Below, piece by piece: positions 41,260 through 48,802 of a DNA stretch of 48,802 nucleotides. Within the stretch, counting starts at the first letter, position 1. Every line of letters starts with the position of its first letter. The translations under genes and the position numbers were made by a program. The stretch spans positions 1-48,802 of IMG/VR virus record IMGVR_UViG_3300045974_000160. One strand, 5' to 3'. The notes under the pieces are model-generated. The model was not told where the DNA came from and did not search any database. It saw nothing but the letters and a program-made list of their open reading frames with translations. Origin of the DNA: a virus.

Positions 41260-41617
41260 AGTCCGAAACCTCTAAATATATAAAAACATATCGGCTTCCA
41301 AGCCCTTCATATTGTGGATCGTTTTTGCCTTGAGTATCCACAAAAGCCAAACCGCCTATAAAACCGTTATAAGCATTGCGGACTATATTTAATCTATCTA
41401 GGCAAATTGATGCAGTTAAAATTGGCTTGTTTAAAACAAACAAGTCAAGAAACAATGCGGGTTTAAATAATGTATCACCGTTAATTACAGGCGGGTTATT
41501 TTTCCATCCGCCATTGGGCGTAGGCTGTTTATAGTAAACATTGATCTTGCATGATTGACCGGAAAGCAATACGTCAATCGTTTGAGATGGAACCGGATTG
41601 ATAGCTATTATTTGCAT
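41252..41617 (-). CDS. Hypothetical tail/baseplate protein (121 aa)
   Basis: Coupled ORF. Confidence 0.5.
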   Translation of the reverse strand: MQIIAINPVPSQTIDVLLSGQSCKINVYYKQPTPNGGWKNNPPVINGDTLFKPALFLDLFVLNKPILTASICLDRLNIVRNAYNGFIGGLAFVDTQGKNDPQYEGLGSRYVFIYLEVSDFA

Positions 41618-41618
41618 T

Positions 41619-42128
41619 TTAATCCGTCCTGTAACTTATTCCCGGTATTCCTTTAAACCCGGAAGAATTGGCTGGTTTTGGATCAACGCTCCCTGTATTT
41701 GTCGGAGTTGCCGCCGATGCGTTTTTAGGGGATTCCGTGGTGGATGTTTGCTTAATTTCCCTCAAAGTCAATTCAGCTACGATCAAACCGGCCCCGCCGT
41801 CTTGAGTCCTGCGATAATCCAGCGCCTCGATATTATAGTTTTGATATACCGCATCCGGCGTTACTACCGAATACAAATCAAGCGATTTTCTAGCTTTTTC
41901 AAGTGCCGATAAAAAAGCAGTTCTTTTTGCGTTGCTTGCTCCGCAAGATACTCTAACTCGAACGGCATAAGGCAACCCGACTTTGTTATAGCTGGCAAAC
42001 GCGCCTTTCTCTACTGGATGATCCGAAACGTGGGAAGCGCCAAGATATTCAATTCCAAGAAAGTTATCCCATACCGCGATAGGTTTATTCTTGTTGTTGA
42101 AAACTCCCCATTGCGGTACTGTAGCCAT
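41619..42128 (-). CDS. Hypothetical tail/baseplate protein (169 aa)
   Basis: Coupled ORF after the tape measure. Confidence 0.5.
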   Translation of the reverse strand: MATVPQWGVFNNKNKPIAVWDNFLGIEYLGASHVSDHPVEKGAFASYNKVGLPYAVRVRVSCGASNAKRTAFLSALEKARKSLDLYSVVTPDAVYQNYNIEALDYRRTQDGGAGLIVAELTLREIKQTSTTESPKNASAATPTNTGSVDPKPANSSGFKGIPGISYRTD

Positions 42129-44152
42129 TATTCAACGCCGTAGTTAGTTACGGGAACCATTCCCCATTTGTCAAAAGCCTTGCCTATGTCGCGCATAATT
42201 CCGCCTGAATCCGTGGCCTGCGTGTGGATGTTTATCTCGCCTATGCTAGTGTCGCTTTTAATGTCGCCGCCGCGCTTATTGTTGGTTATCGGCTGAGATA
42301 GCATTGCGCCTGTCGGCATTTTAGTTGCTGCCATGGCATTTATTCGCATAATCCTTTCCGCGTGTTTTAACCGTATAATTTCGTCCTTGTCTGGATATTT
42401 TGAACGCTCATAATCGCGTAAAACTACGCTTGTGGAATCCGCCGCATTCGTGGTTTTTTTGAGTTTGTCGCCTGCCTTTTTTTCGGTATGCCTTAATTCC
42501 CAATCCATAAAAGCGATTTGCTCTTGCCTTGTAGATTTTTCCATTTCATGCCCGAATAAATCGGAGAAGTTTCCGCGCCTTGATTTATCCCATTGCGCAT
42601 ATCCATATCCACCACCGCCCCCCCTCTGTTTTTGGCGATGTTTAAAACCGCTTTCCCCTTCGATATTAGCAGCAATGCCTATGGCATGGTCTTTAGTCCA
42701 CCCATAGCCCATAAGCTGTTCAATAGCCTCGTTTACCGCTTCATCATGCGGTATATTGCGAGTATCAGAAGCGTGTTGTCTTAATCTCTCAAAAAATCCG
42801 GGTTTTTCTTTGTCTGAGAATCCGGGTTTTTCAGATTTGTTCTCGCCATGCGTCCAGTCATATAATTTTGTCCCCAATGTTCCGATTCCATCCGGCGAGA
42901 CTAGGCTATCAATCCATAGTTTTGTCTTCTCTCCGCTCAAATAAGCGAGTATTCCGGTTAAAGATACTAACGCGGCTGGCCCAAGAAATCCTATTGAGCC
43001 TAGCGCGGATGCGACCGTACCTAATGCCAAACCGAATGGAATTAAAAGCCCTGTCATATCGGCTATTTTAAGTGCAATCAATCCCTCTAAAACTGTTTTC
43101 CATCCGCCGATAGATTCAACTGATTTATCTATCTCATGCCAAAACTTTTTTAATTCAACAATGAATGGCCCAAGTGATTCAATAAACGCCTCGGCTTTTT
43201 CGGTTGCCAGTTGAAACCATTTTGGGAATTTATCATTGTTTTCATCAACCCATTTTGCGACGGCTTCAGCGCCTTTTTTAAGCCATTCAACCAAAACCTT
43301 TAACGCCGGTGCCATGGACAACAGTATCTGCTGGCCTGTCGCGGTCATGTCCTGCGCAAAATACCGCCATTCTTGCGATAGTTTGAACGCGGCTTCGGTG
43401 TCTTCTTTGGTTTGAAGATGATGCTTTTTTTGAGCTTCTACTAGGGTTTGAAATGCGTCTGAACCGTTTTTAAGAGCGTTCAAAGCATCCCCTGTAATAC
43501 CCATCCTTTCCGCCCAATTGATCGCCTCACCGGCTCCAAATTTGTCAGAAATGGCTTTAATGATGTCGGCCCGGCGCATCAATTCATCATCCGCTGATTT
43601 TGCGCCGCCGATATTGTATTGAACGCCAGCCCTAGCCGCCGCTTGAGCCGCCGCAAGCATTTCGTCCGAAGGCCCAAAACCCTCCTTAAACCGGGCTATC
43701 TCGGCTTGCTCGGACTGCAAAGCGGCGATGATAGCCGCGCCCGCGCCCTCCTTAGCCGTGGCAATTTCAGCGGCTTTGCTGTAGGCGTCCAGTTTGTCGG
43801 TCGCCATGTCCAGATTTTCGGCAGTCAGTTTGAGCGCCGAAGCTTGGGAAATGGTATGCTCTGTGAAGTTTTTAAGCCCCATCCCTGCCGTGAACAGGGC
43901 AAGCAAGCCCAATGCCTCGTTGCGGATCTTTGCCAAACCTTGCGCAAGCCCTTTGCTTCGCTCTTCCGCTTCCTTGGCGCGTTTTTTATCCGCATCGGCC
44001 AGTTTCTTGGCAGAATCCTCGACTTTCTTGCCGGTTTCTTGCGCGGACTGGCCTATCTTCGCCTGTGCGGTTTCCGCTTCCTTTGCCCCGCGCTTCATTC
44101 CTTCCGCGTTTAGGCCAAGCATTACGATAAGCGAGTCAATTACTGTTGCCAT
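42128..44152 (-). CDS. Tape measure protein with a C-terminal tail-lysozyme-like domain (674 aa)
   Basis: Helical Ala/Lys/Glu-rich N-terminus, TM-like segments, and a late GIAANIEGESGFKHRQKQ...GYGYAQWD motif. Confidence 0.75.
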   Translation of the reverse strand: MATVIDSLIVMLGLNAEGMKRGAKEAETAQAKIGQSAQETGKKVEDSAKKLADADKKRAKEAEERSKGLAQGLAKIRNEALGLLALFTAGMGLKNFTEHTISQASALKLTAENLDMATDKLDAYSKAAEIATAKEGAGAAIIAALQSEQAEIARFKEGFGPSDEMLAAAQAAARAGVQYNIGGAKSADDELMRRADIIKAISDKFGAGEAINWAERMGITGDALNALKNGSDAFQTLVEAQKKHHLQTKEDTEAAFKLSQEWRYFAQDMTATGQQILLSMAPALKVLVEWLKKGAEAVAKWVDENNDKFPKWFQLATEKAEAFIESLGPFIVELKKFWHEIDKSVESIGGWKTVLEGLIALKIADMTGLLIPFGLALGTVASALGSIGFLGPAALVSLTGILAYLSGEKTKLWIDSLVSPDGIGTLGTKLYDWTHGENKSEKPGFSDKEKPGFFERLRQHASDTRNIPHDEAVNEAIEQLMGYGWTKDHAIGIAANIEGESGFKHRQKQRGGGGGYGYAQWDKSRRGNFSDLFGHEMEKSTRQEQIAFMDWELRHTEKKAGDKLKKTTNAADSTSVVLRDYERSKYPDKDEIIRLKHAERIMRINAMAATKMPTGAMLSQPITNNKRGGDIKSDTSIGEINIHTQATDSGGIMRDIGKAFDKWGMVPVTNYGVE

Positions 44153-44159
44153 GTAACCA

Positions 44160-44761
44160 TTACTTTTGCTTGTTTAACAGCTTATAATTGAATGCGTCCA
44201 CGGCGATAATCTCAATCATATCGTATACATCCTCCGTGCTGTATACGGTATCTAGCTCGTTTAACGTGGCTAGTTTGTTTGAGATAATAGCCCCGACATG
44301 GCCCGGCACATTCTCATAATCCATTAAATCCGGCCCGGATTCGCTTATGCCAAAATCTATTGGCTTTCGGTAGTAAAAAAACCGATATGCAACATTAAAA
44401 CCTCCTTTTGAAGCTTGAAGATAGTTAATACCTCTTCAATATCCTCATCAATTAAATGCCGCACAATTTCCGGCATTTCTGGGTTTGGCAGTATCTGGAC
44501 GCATTCCATTAGTTCATCCATGAGCGGAATCCCAATATCAGGCTTTATGTTGCTAAGGGCGTTAATGCCCATCGCAGCAAGCCCCGCCATGCCTTGATTT
44601 TCCAGCCCTTCCGGTATATCAATTCCGCCGTTCGCCATCCCGAACAATGCGCGACAAGCCCAGTTATGGGCGCGTCTGGCTGAAAATTCAGTGATTAAAA
44701 ACCGCTTTCCCTCATCGCGGTTTTTATCGTGAATGGTTATCGTAACCTGTTTTCTTGCCAT
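44160..44761 (-). CDS. Tail assembly chaperone -1 frameshift product (129 + 71 codons)
   Basis: Slippery GGT TTT TTT at 44383-44375. The -1 frame is open for 71 codons to the TAA at 44162-44160, just before the tape measure ATG. Confidence 0.6.
44357..44761 (-). CDS. Tail assembly chaperone (134 aa, zero-frame product)
   Basis: Position between the tube and tape measure genes. Confidence 0.65.
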   Translation of the reverse strand: MARKQVTITIHDKNRDEGKRFLITEFSARRAHNWACRALFGMANGGIDIPEGLENQGMAGLAAMGINALSNIKPDIGIPLMDELMECVQILPNPEMPEIVRHLIDEDIEEVLTIFKLQKEVLMLHIGFFTTESQ

Positions 44762-44763
44762 GA

Positions 44764-45201
44764 TTAAATCGGACTCCTAAAGATGTTTTGAAAGGTTATC
44801 TCAAACTTTCTATCTTCGACTGTTTTTTTCAATTCTGGAAATGGCGTATATTCTGTCAGTCCTCCATAAATCATCATGTACTTTTGCCTGATACCCGGTA
44901 CAATCAAAACCGCATTTGCCGCAAATGATTGTTTTGACAATTCCATTGCGTTAAACCAAACATCATACATATCAATTGATTCTGAGAACGATCGATATGA
45001 GATCGTGATTTTTTTAGGCTGCGGAGTAAAACCCATTCCCATTAAACCATCGACGCCCATCGACACTTCCGTAGGATTTATTGGTTGTGCTATTATGGAA
45101 GCATCAACGCCAAAACCTTGTTGCGGTACAAAAGCATCAAATAGCCCGACTATTTGAAGCGAAAACGCGGAGTTTGCATTGTCTAGTGTCCTGATTGCCA
45201 T
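44764..45201 (-). CDS. Tail tube protein (145 aa)
   Basis: Size and position after the sheath gene. Confidence 0.6.
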   Translation of the reverse strand: MAIRTLDNANSAFSLQIVGLFDAFVPQQGFGVDASIIAQPINPTEVSMGVDGLMGMGFTPQPKKITISYRSFSESIDMYDVWFNAMELSKQSFAANAVLIVPGIRQKYMMIYGGLTEYTPFPELKKTVEDRKFEITFQNIFRSPI

Positions 45202-45213
45202 TTCAATATCCCC

Positions 45214-46737
45214 TTAAAGAACCAAAACCGAAGCCATGTTAATTTTATGGATGCCGCCGCCGCCCATATACCAGAAATTCACGTTTTTAGGCCCGCGCAA
45301 GGCCCGCTGTTGCGGACTCATGCGCAATACTTGTAGATACCATCCGCGAGTCGATAGGATCGTATCAATTTCTACGCCTGCTGCGTTATTGACCTCGGCT
45401 TTTTGCAATGCCGACAGCGTGATATTGGGACGGATTGCGCCAAAATTGACAGCGGCGTTAATTGGATCGAGTGCCGCGCCTTCGATAAGCGAGTCACCTT
45501 GCGGGTTATCGGGGATAGATGCAACCGTGGTAAGCAGGCTCATGAATGCTAATTGAAAGGCGTTATTCAGCCAAATCTCATTAACGTAATCATCGGCAAA
45601 TAGATACTCGCCTGTTACCTGACCGGGGAACATGAATACAAAATTGTCATTTGCCGTGGCATAAGCGCCATAAGCGTTATATCCATTAGCGACTAAGTTA
45701 TCCATCGCCGTCTGATTCCCTACGTCTGCGGGCAATCCGGCTTGATGTTTGAACGCAAAATCAATCCGGCTATTGAATCGGGTAAAATCAATACTGCCAA
45801 CGCAACCTAAAACAAAGGCCATTTTTAGCGGTAGGCGGTTGGCAAGGGTATCGCTCTGCTGTGCGACGCATGACGCATCGCCGGTAATGGCGAATATGCC
45901 GTTTGATTGATTTGCCAGCATTACTGGCCCAAATGCCGTGGTATTGTTTGCCACTATTGCATTTGCGTCGGTGTCCCAAACGACATACATATAGTTTTCG
46001 TTTTGGGTTTGAACCCATGCGGCAAACGCCTCTTTTTCAGACAAAACAGGCTCCCAAGTCGTGCCGAACGAAGCCCAATTGCGGGTAATATCCACCACCG
46101 AATCCATAAACGCGCCGGGTTCTGCCGCATCCGCGCCTTGGCTCAATACCGCGCCCGTGGCGACGGTCATTTTCAGCGCCGTGGCGAGTGTGCCAGTGCA
46201 GGCCGTAATCGTGCTGGTAACGCCAGTGGTGGACGACGTGAACACATAGGCATGATGGATCGCGTCATATGATACCGTGCCGCCAAGCCCTGTGAATCCT
46301 GCCGCGATAGCGGTCGCGCCTGCTGAGAAACTTGCCACGCCGGACAGGCTTATGCTTGACGAGGTATGGACAACGCCGTCAATCGTGAGTATCAACGTGC
46401 CAGACAGCGCGTCAAGCTGCGCGATGGTCATTGCCGCAAGCGAACCGCCGCGAACGTAGGCATGGACTGCCGATTCCGGGTATTGCGCAAAATACAGCCG
46501 CCCCGGAGTCTGAGTTTTGTTGTCGAATCCTTGGAAAACTACTTGCGCCAGCGCATACTCAAGCGACGATGGCCCGAAATAGGCCGACACGTCCGCCGCG
46601 ATTGAAAACGGCATGACCTGCCCGATTGGAACCGCCGTGCTTTGAGTAAGAATGATCGAATTCAACGCAAGCGGATTACCGCCCGCGCTGATTACGCCGG
46701 GATTGATCTGGACTATTGCGCTTGCGGGGATTGTCAT
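45214..46737 (-). CDS. Tail sheath protein (507 aa, DUF3383-like)
   Basis: Size and position upstream of the tube, chaperone and tape measure genes. Confidence 0.65.
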   Translation of the reverse strand: MTIPASAIVQINPGVISAGGNPLALNSIILTQSTAVPIGQVMPFSIAADVSAYFGPSSLEYALAQVVFQGFDNKTQTPGRLYFAQYPESAVHAYVRGGSLAAMTIAQLDALSGTLILTIDGVVHTSSSISLSGVASFSAGATAIAAGFTGLGGTVSYDAIHHAYVFTSSTTGVTSTITACTGTLATALKMTVATGAVLSQGADAAEPGAFMDSVVDITRNWASFGTTWEPVLSEKEAFAAWVQTQNENYMYVVWDTDANAIVANNTTAFGPVMLANQSNGIFAITGDASCVAQQSDTLANRLPLKMAFVLGCVGSIDFTRFNSRIDFAFKHQAGLPADVGNQTAMDNLVANGYNAYGAYATANDNFVFMFPGQVTGEYLFADDYVNEIWLNNAFQLAFMSLLTTVASIPDNPQGDSLIEGAALDPINAAVNFGAIRPNITLSALQKAEVNNAAGVEIDTILSTRGWYLQVLRMSPQQRALRGPKNVNFWYMGGGGIHKINMASVLVL

Positions 46738-46802
46738 TTATGAATCCTGCTAGGGGAAATGCAATATCATCACGACATTGCGGAACGCCTCACGGCGAGT
46801 TT
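46738..46802 (-). promoter_or_regulatory. Conserved late leader element, copy B
   Basis: See 3026-3093. Lies directly upstream of the sheath ATG. Confidence 0.6.
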
Positions 46803-47340
46803 AAGGTATTTCGTAAAACGTGGTCGCTATTGTATCAGCCGCCGCTTGCGGCAATACTATGCTTGGGTTTATTTGCAATTGCGCCTCGAAAGTCCATCTT
46901 TCTTCATATTGCGCTTCACCGTCCACTATTGGCATTTGATGCGCGTCTGTCGCAAATAATGGCGTTATGACTGTATTTTCCATGTTTTCAATACCGTATT
47001 GATCGCGGATTAGCATGTATAGGGTATTAGCCCTATCCCCGCTGCCCAATCCATAACAATCAACCTGTATATCGTATTGCGCTGGCCTTAATACTGTCCG
47101 CGCCGTGGTTTTATACGGCAATGCGGGGGGGGTAGGCGTGTGCGTAGTGTCGGCATAATTCGATATGGTTTGCGACAATGCGGTATTGCCGGACGGTGTT
47201 ATCGCAATAAATGGCCCTTTCGGCATTGCGGCACGATTAACCGGCGTCCTGATAACCTCGCAATCGACCAATGACAATACATAATTGCGGAATGCCGTTA
47301 ATATCTGATCTTCCGTAATATTGGCAACTATGGCGGTCAT
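46801..47340 (-). CDS. Neck/tail completion-like protein (179 aa)
   Basis: Positional call. Confidence 0.45.
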   Translation of the reverse strand: MTAIVANITEDQILTAFRNYVLSLVDCEVIRTPVNRAAMPKGPFIAITPSGNTALSQTISNYADTTHTPTPPALPYKTTARTVLRPAQYDIQVDCYGLGSGDRANTLYMLIRDQYGIENMENTVITPLFATDAHQMPIVDGEAQYEERWTFEAQLQINPSIVLPQAAADTIATTFYEIP

Positions 47341-47708
47341 TATGTATCAGTTTGCATTGTAAGCGCCAAACAACACCAATCCGCCCATCGTTCCATGACT
47401 AGCGTGACAAGATAAGTCTTGCCGTCAATTAGAATCAAATCGCCGCCTTTCCCTAATACTCTAAACATGCCTTCATAATTTCCATTAAGATAAAGCTTAC
47501 ATGTCACGCCTTGTATACCAAGTCCCTCTAGCCTTTTAATATCACTTCCTGATAATGACTGCCTGTCACCCATCGCATAAACATTATGGTATTGCGGTAC
47601 TTGCCTGCCTGTTCCATCCATGACATAACCAGTTGAAACGAATATTGTTAATCTTTTATTCGGATTAACTGAGCTTGTGACCGCGTTTGCGATATTACGC
47701 AGATTCAT
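47340..47708 (-). CDS. Neck/tail completion-like protein (122 aa)
   Basis: Positional call. Confidence 0.45.
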   Translation of the reverse strand: MNLRNIANAVTSSVNPNKRLTIFVSTGYVMDGTGRQVPQYHNVYAMGDRQSLSGSDIKRLEGLGIQGVTCKLYLNGNYEGMFRVLGKGGDLILIDGKTYLVTLVMERWADWCCLALTMQTDT

Positions 47709-48279
47709 TAACTTTTACTTCTCCTTGGATATTAACTTCGTAACCTACAGCCCGCAACAGATTTTTGGAATCCAGCAAAATCGCCTCATTGATACCCGAT
47801 GCGCGTTCACCTTCCGCGACACGCGCCGCCGCCTCGCCCACGGTTTTTCCTGTGACTCGGAAATTCGAGCCGCCTTTTTTGCGCATCATGCGCAACATCC
47901 GGGTAATTTCTGACAGGGGAGGGCTATCAGTATCGACCATGGACTGCTGTAGATTATCGCCAATCCTTTGGCCCATTAGTGCCAATACTTTCGGGAAATC
48001 GTAATTCGTTTTGACCAGAGCTTTTTCCATCCATGCGCCCCAATACATCGAATCACGCTTTACCATGATCGTGAAAAACGGCCTACGCGGAATACTGGCT
48101 GCTGGTGCGCCGAAATTTTGGATTGCCGCTACCATCGGGGCGGACGCATTGTTATCATGTCCGCAAGTCGAGTTTTCCAAAAACCCGACTCTAACCACGT
48201 CATTGTATTCGGCTTTTTTCGATAGATACTTTAGCATCACATCGAGTTGCTTGCCGCCTTTAATTTCTACGGTTGCCAT
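47695..48279 (-). CDS. HK97 gp10-like head-tail joining protein (194 aa)
   Basis: [14 protein letters not shown] motif and position. Confidence 0.55.
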   Translation of the reverse strand: MATVEIKGGKQLDVMLKYLSKKAEYNDVVRVGFLENSTCGHDNNASAPMVAAIQNFGAPAASIPRRPFFTIMVKRDSMYWGAWMEKALVKTNYDFPKVLALMGQRIGDNLQQSMVDTDSPPLSEITRMLRMMRKKGGSNFRVTGKTVGEAAARVAEGERASGINEAILLDSKNLLRAVGYEVNIQGEVKVNESA

Positions 48280-48716
48280 TCGCCCGCCTCGATAGCCGGA
48301 AAATACTTGCTTTGCGCCGGAACCGAACGCCCTGGAACATACCTCGCCATTCTAAATCGAGCCGACGCCTGCCAATATGCCGCGCCGTATTTTGTTTGAA
48401 TATACCACGCTTGTGAACCCGTAACCGGCCCCATGTCCGCAGATACTGTCACGCTGCCCTCTGTTGCCGAGTTAATGCGCCCGACTAGGCCGCTTGAAGG
48501 ATTGCCGTTTGTGCCGTAGTTCAATGCCGCAATATGCGCTGTAAGCATGTTAAGCAATAGCGCACGTTGCGACAAATCAATAACCGGGCTAGTATCTGTA
48601 TTATCAAGATACATTGTCGCTTCCGTGAAAAACTCTGCCGCCAAATCCGTATCAAGTTGATTGAATTCCGGGTATCTGGCAAAGAATTTGTTTACATCGA
48701 AAGCGACAATGCCCAC
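48267..48716 (-). CDS. Head-tail connector protein, DUF4054-like (149 aa)
   Basis: Position and N-terminal pattern. Confidence 0.5.
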   Translation of the reverse strand: MGIVAFDVNKFFARYPEFNQLDTDLAAEFFTEATMYLDNTDTSPVIDLSQRALLLNMLTAHIAALNYGTNGNPSSGLVGRINSATEGSVTVSADMGPVTGSQAWYIQTKYGAAYWQASARFRMARYVPGRSVPAQSKYFPAIEAGEWQP

Positions 48717-48802
48717 GGCTTAATCCTTTTCGGTGGCCTTTACCACTCCGGAAGCGGGCTTGTCTTGGTCAACAGGCTCTAAACCGGTTTTGTTTTTGGC
48801 CC
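48676..48802. repeat. Terminal direct repeat, second copy of 1-127
   Basis: Identical sequence read directly. Confidence 0.9.

Overview
This window is a complete dsDNA phage genome. Bases 1-127 are identical to 48676-48802, so the unit is 48,675 bp, either circular or terminally redundant. No database search was possible; family names come from motifs I recognise in the translations.

Layout:
- One long minus-strand late operon starts near 15703 and wraps through the contig junction to 34265. In order it carries a membrane coiled-coil protein, a tRNA-like gene, tail-fibre and glycine-rich proteins, and small and large terminase. It continues with portal, an embedded lysis cassette with a GH19 endolysin, and a Mu F-like head protein.
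- The operon then carries scaffold, decoration-like protein, major capsid, connector proteins, sheath, tube and a frameshifted tail chaperone. It ends with a tape measure with a lysozyme domain, a baseplate (hub, V, W, J) and distal fibres including a SPRY-domain protein. This is a contractile-tail (myovirus-like) architecture.
- Early and middle genes form three further units: 15991-19437 (+), 29605-19497 (-) and 29760-34268 (+). They include a J-domain protein, an XRE-type regulator with back-to-back promoters, a RecT/Bet-type annealase, a YqaJ-type exonuclease fusion, a RusA-like resolvase, a Toprim primase fused to a P-loop helicase, and an H-NS-like gene.
- No integrase, partition NTPase, CRISPR array or reverse transcriptase is visible.

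Most notable observations:
1. The large terminase carries an intein whose HNH homing endonuclease is encoded in a different reading frame inside the intein.
2. Sixteen helically phased copies of TTGTCSGAC lie directly upstream of an operon with two ribbon-helix-helix-like proteins.
3. A 24-unit GC-rich hexanucleotide repeat is open in all three plus-strand frames.
4. Two early genes are interrupted by in-frame TAA codons, one of them H-NS-like.
5. A conserved leader element with GNRA-loop hairpins precedes several highly expressed late genes.
6. A tRNA-like gene has an acceptor stem that does not pair.
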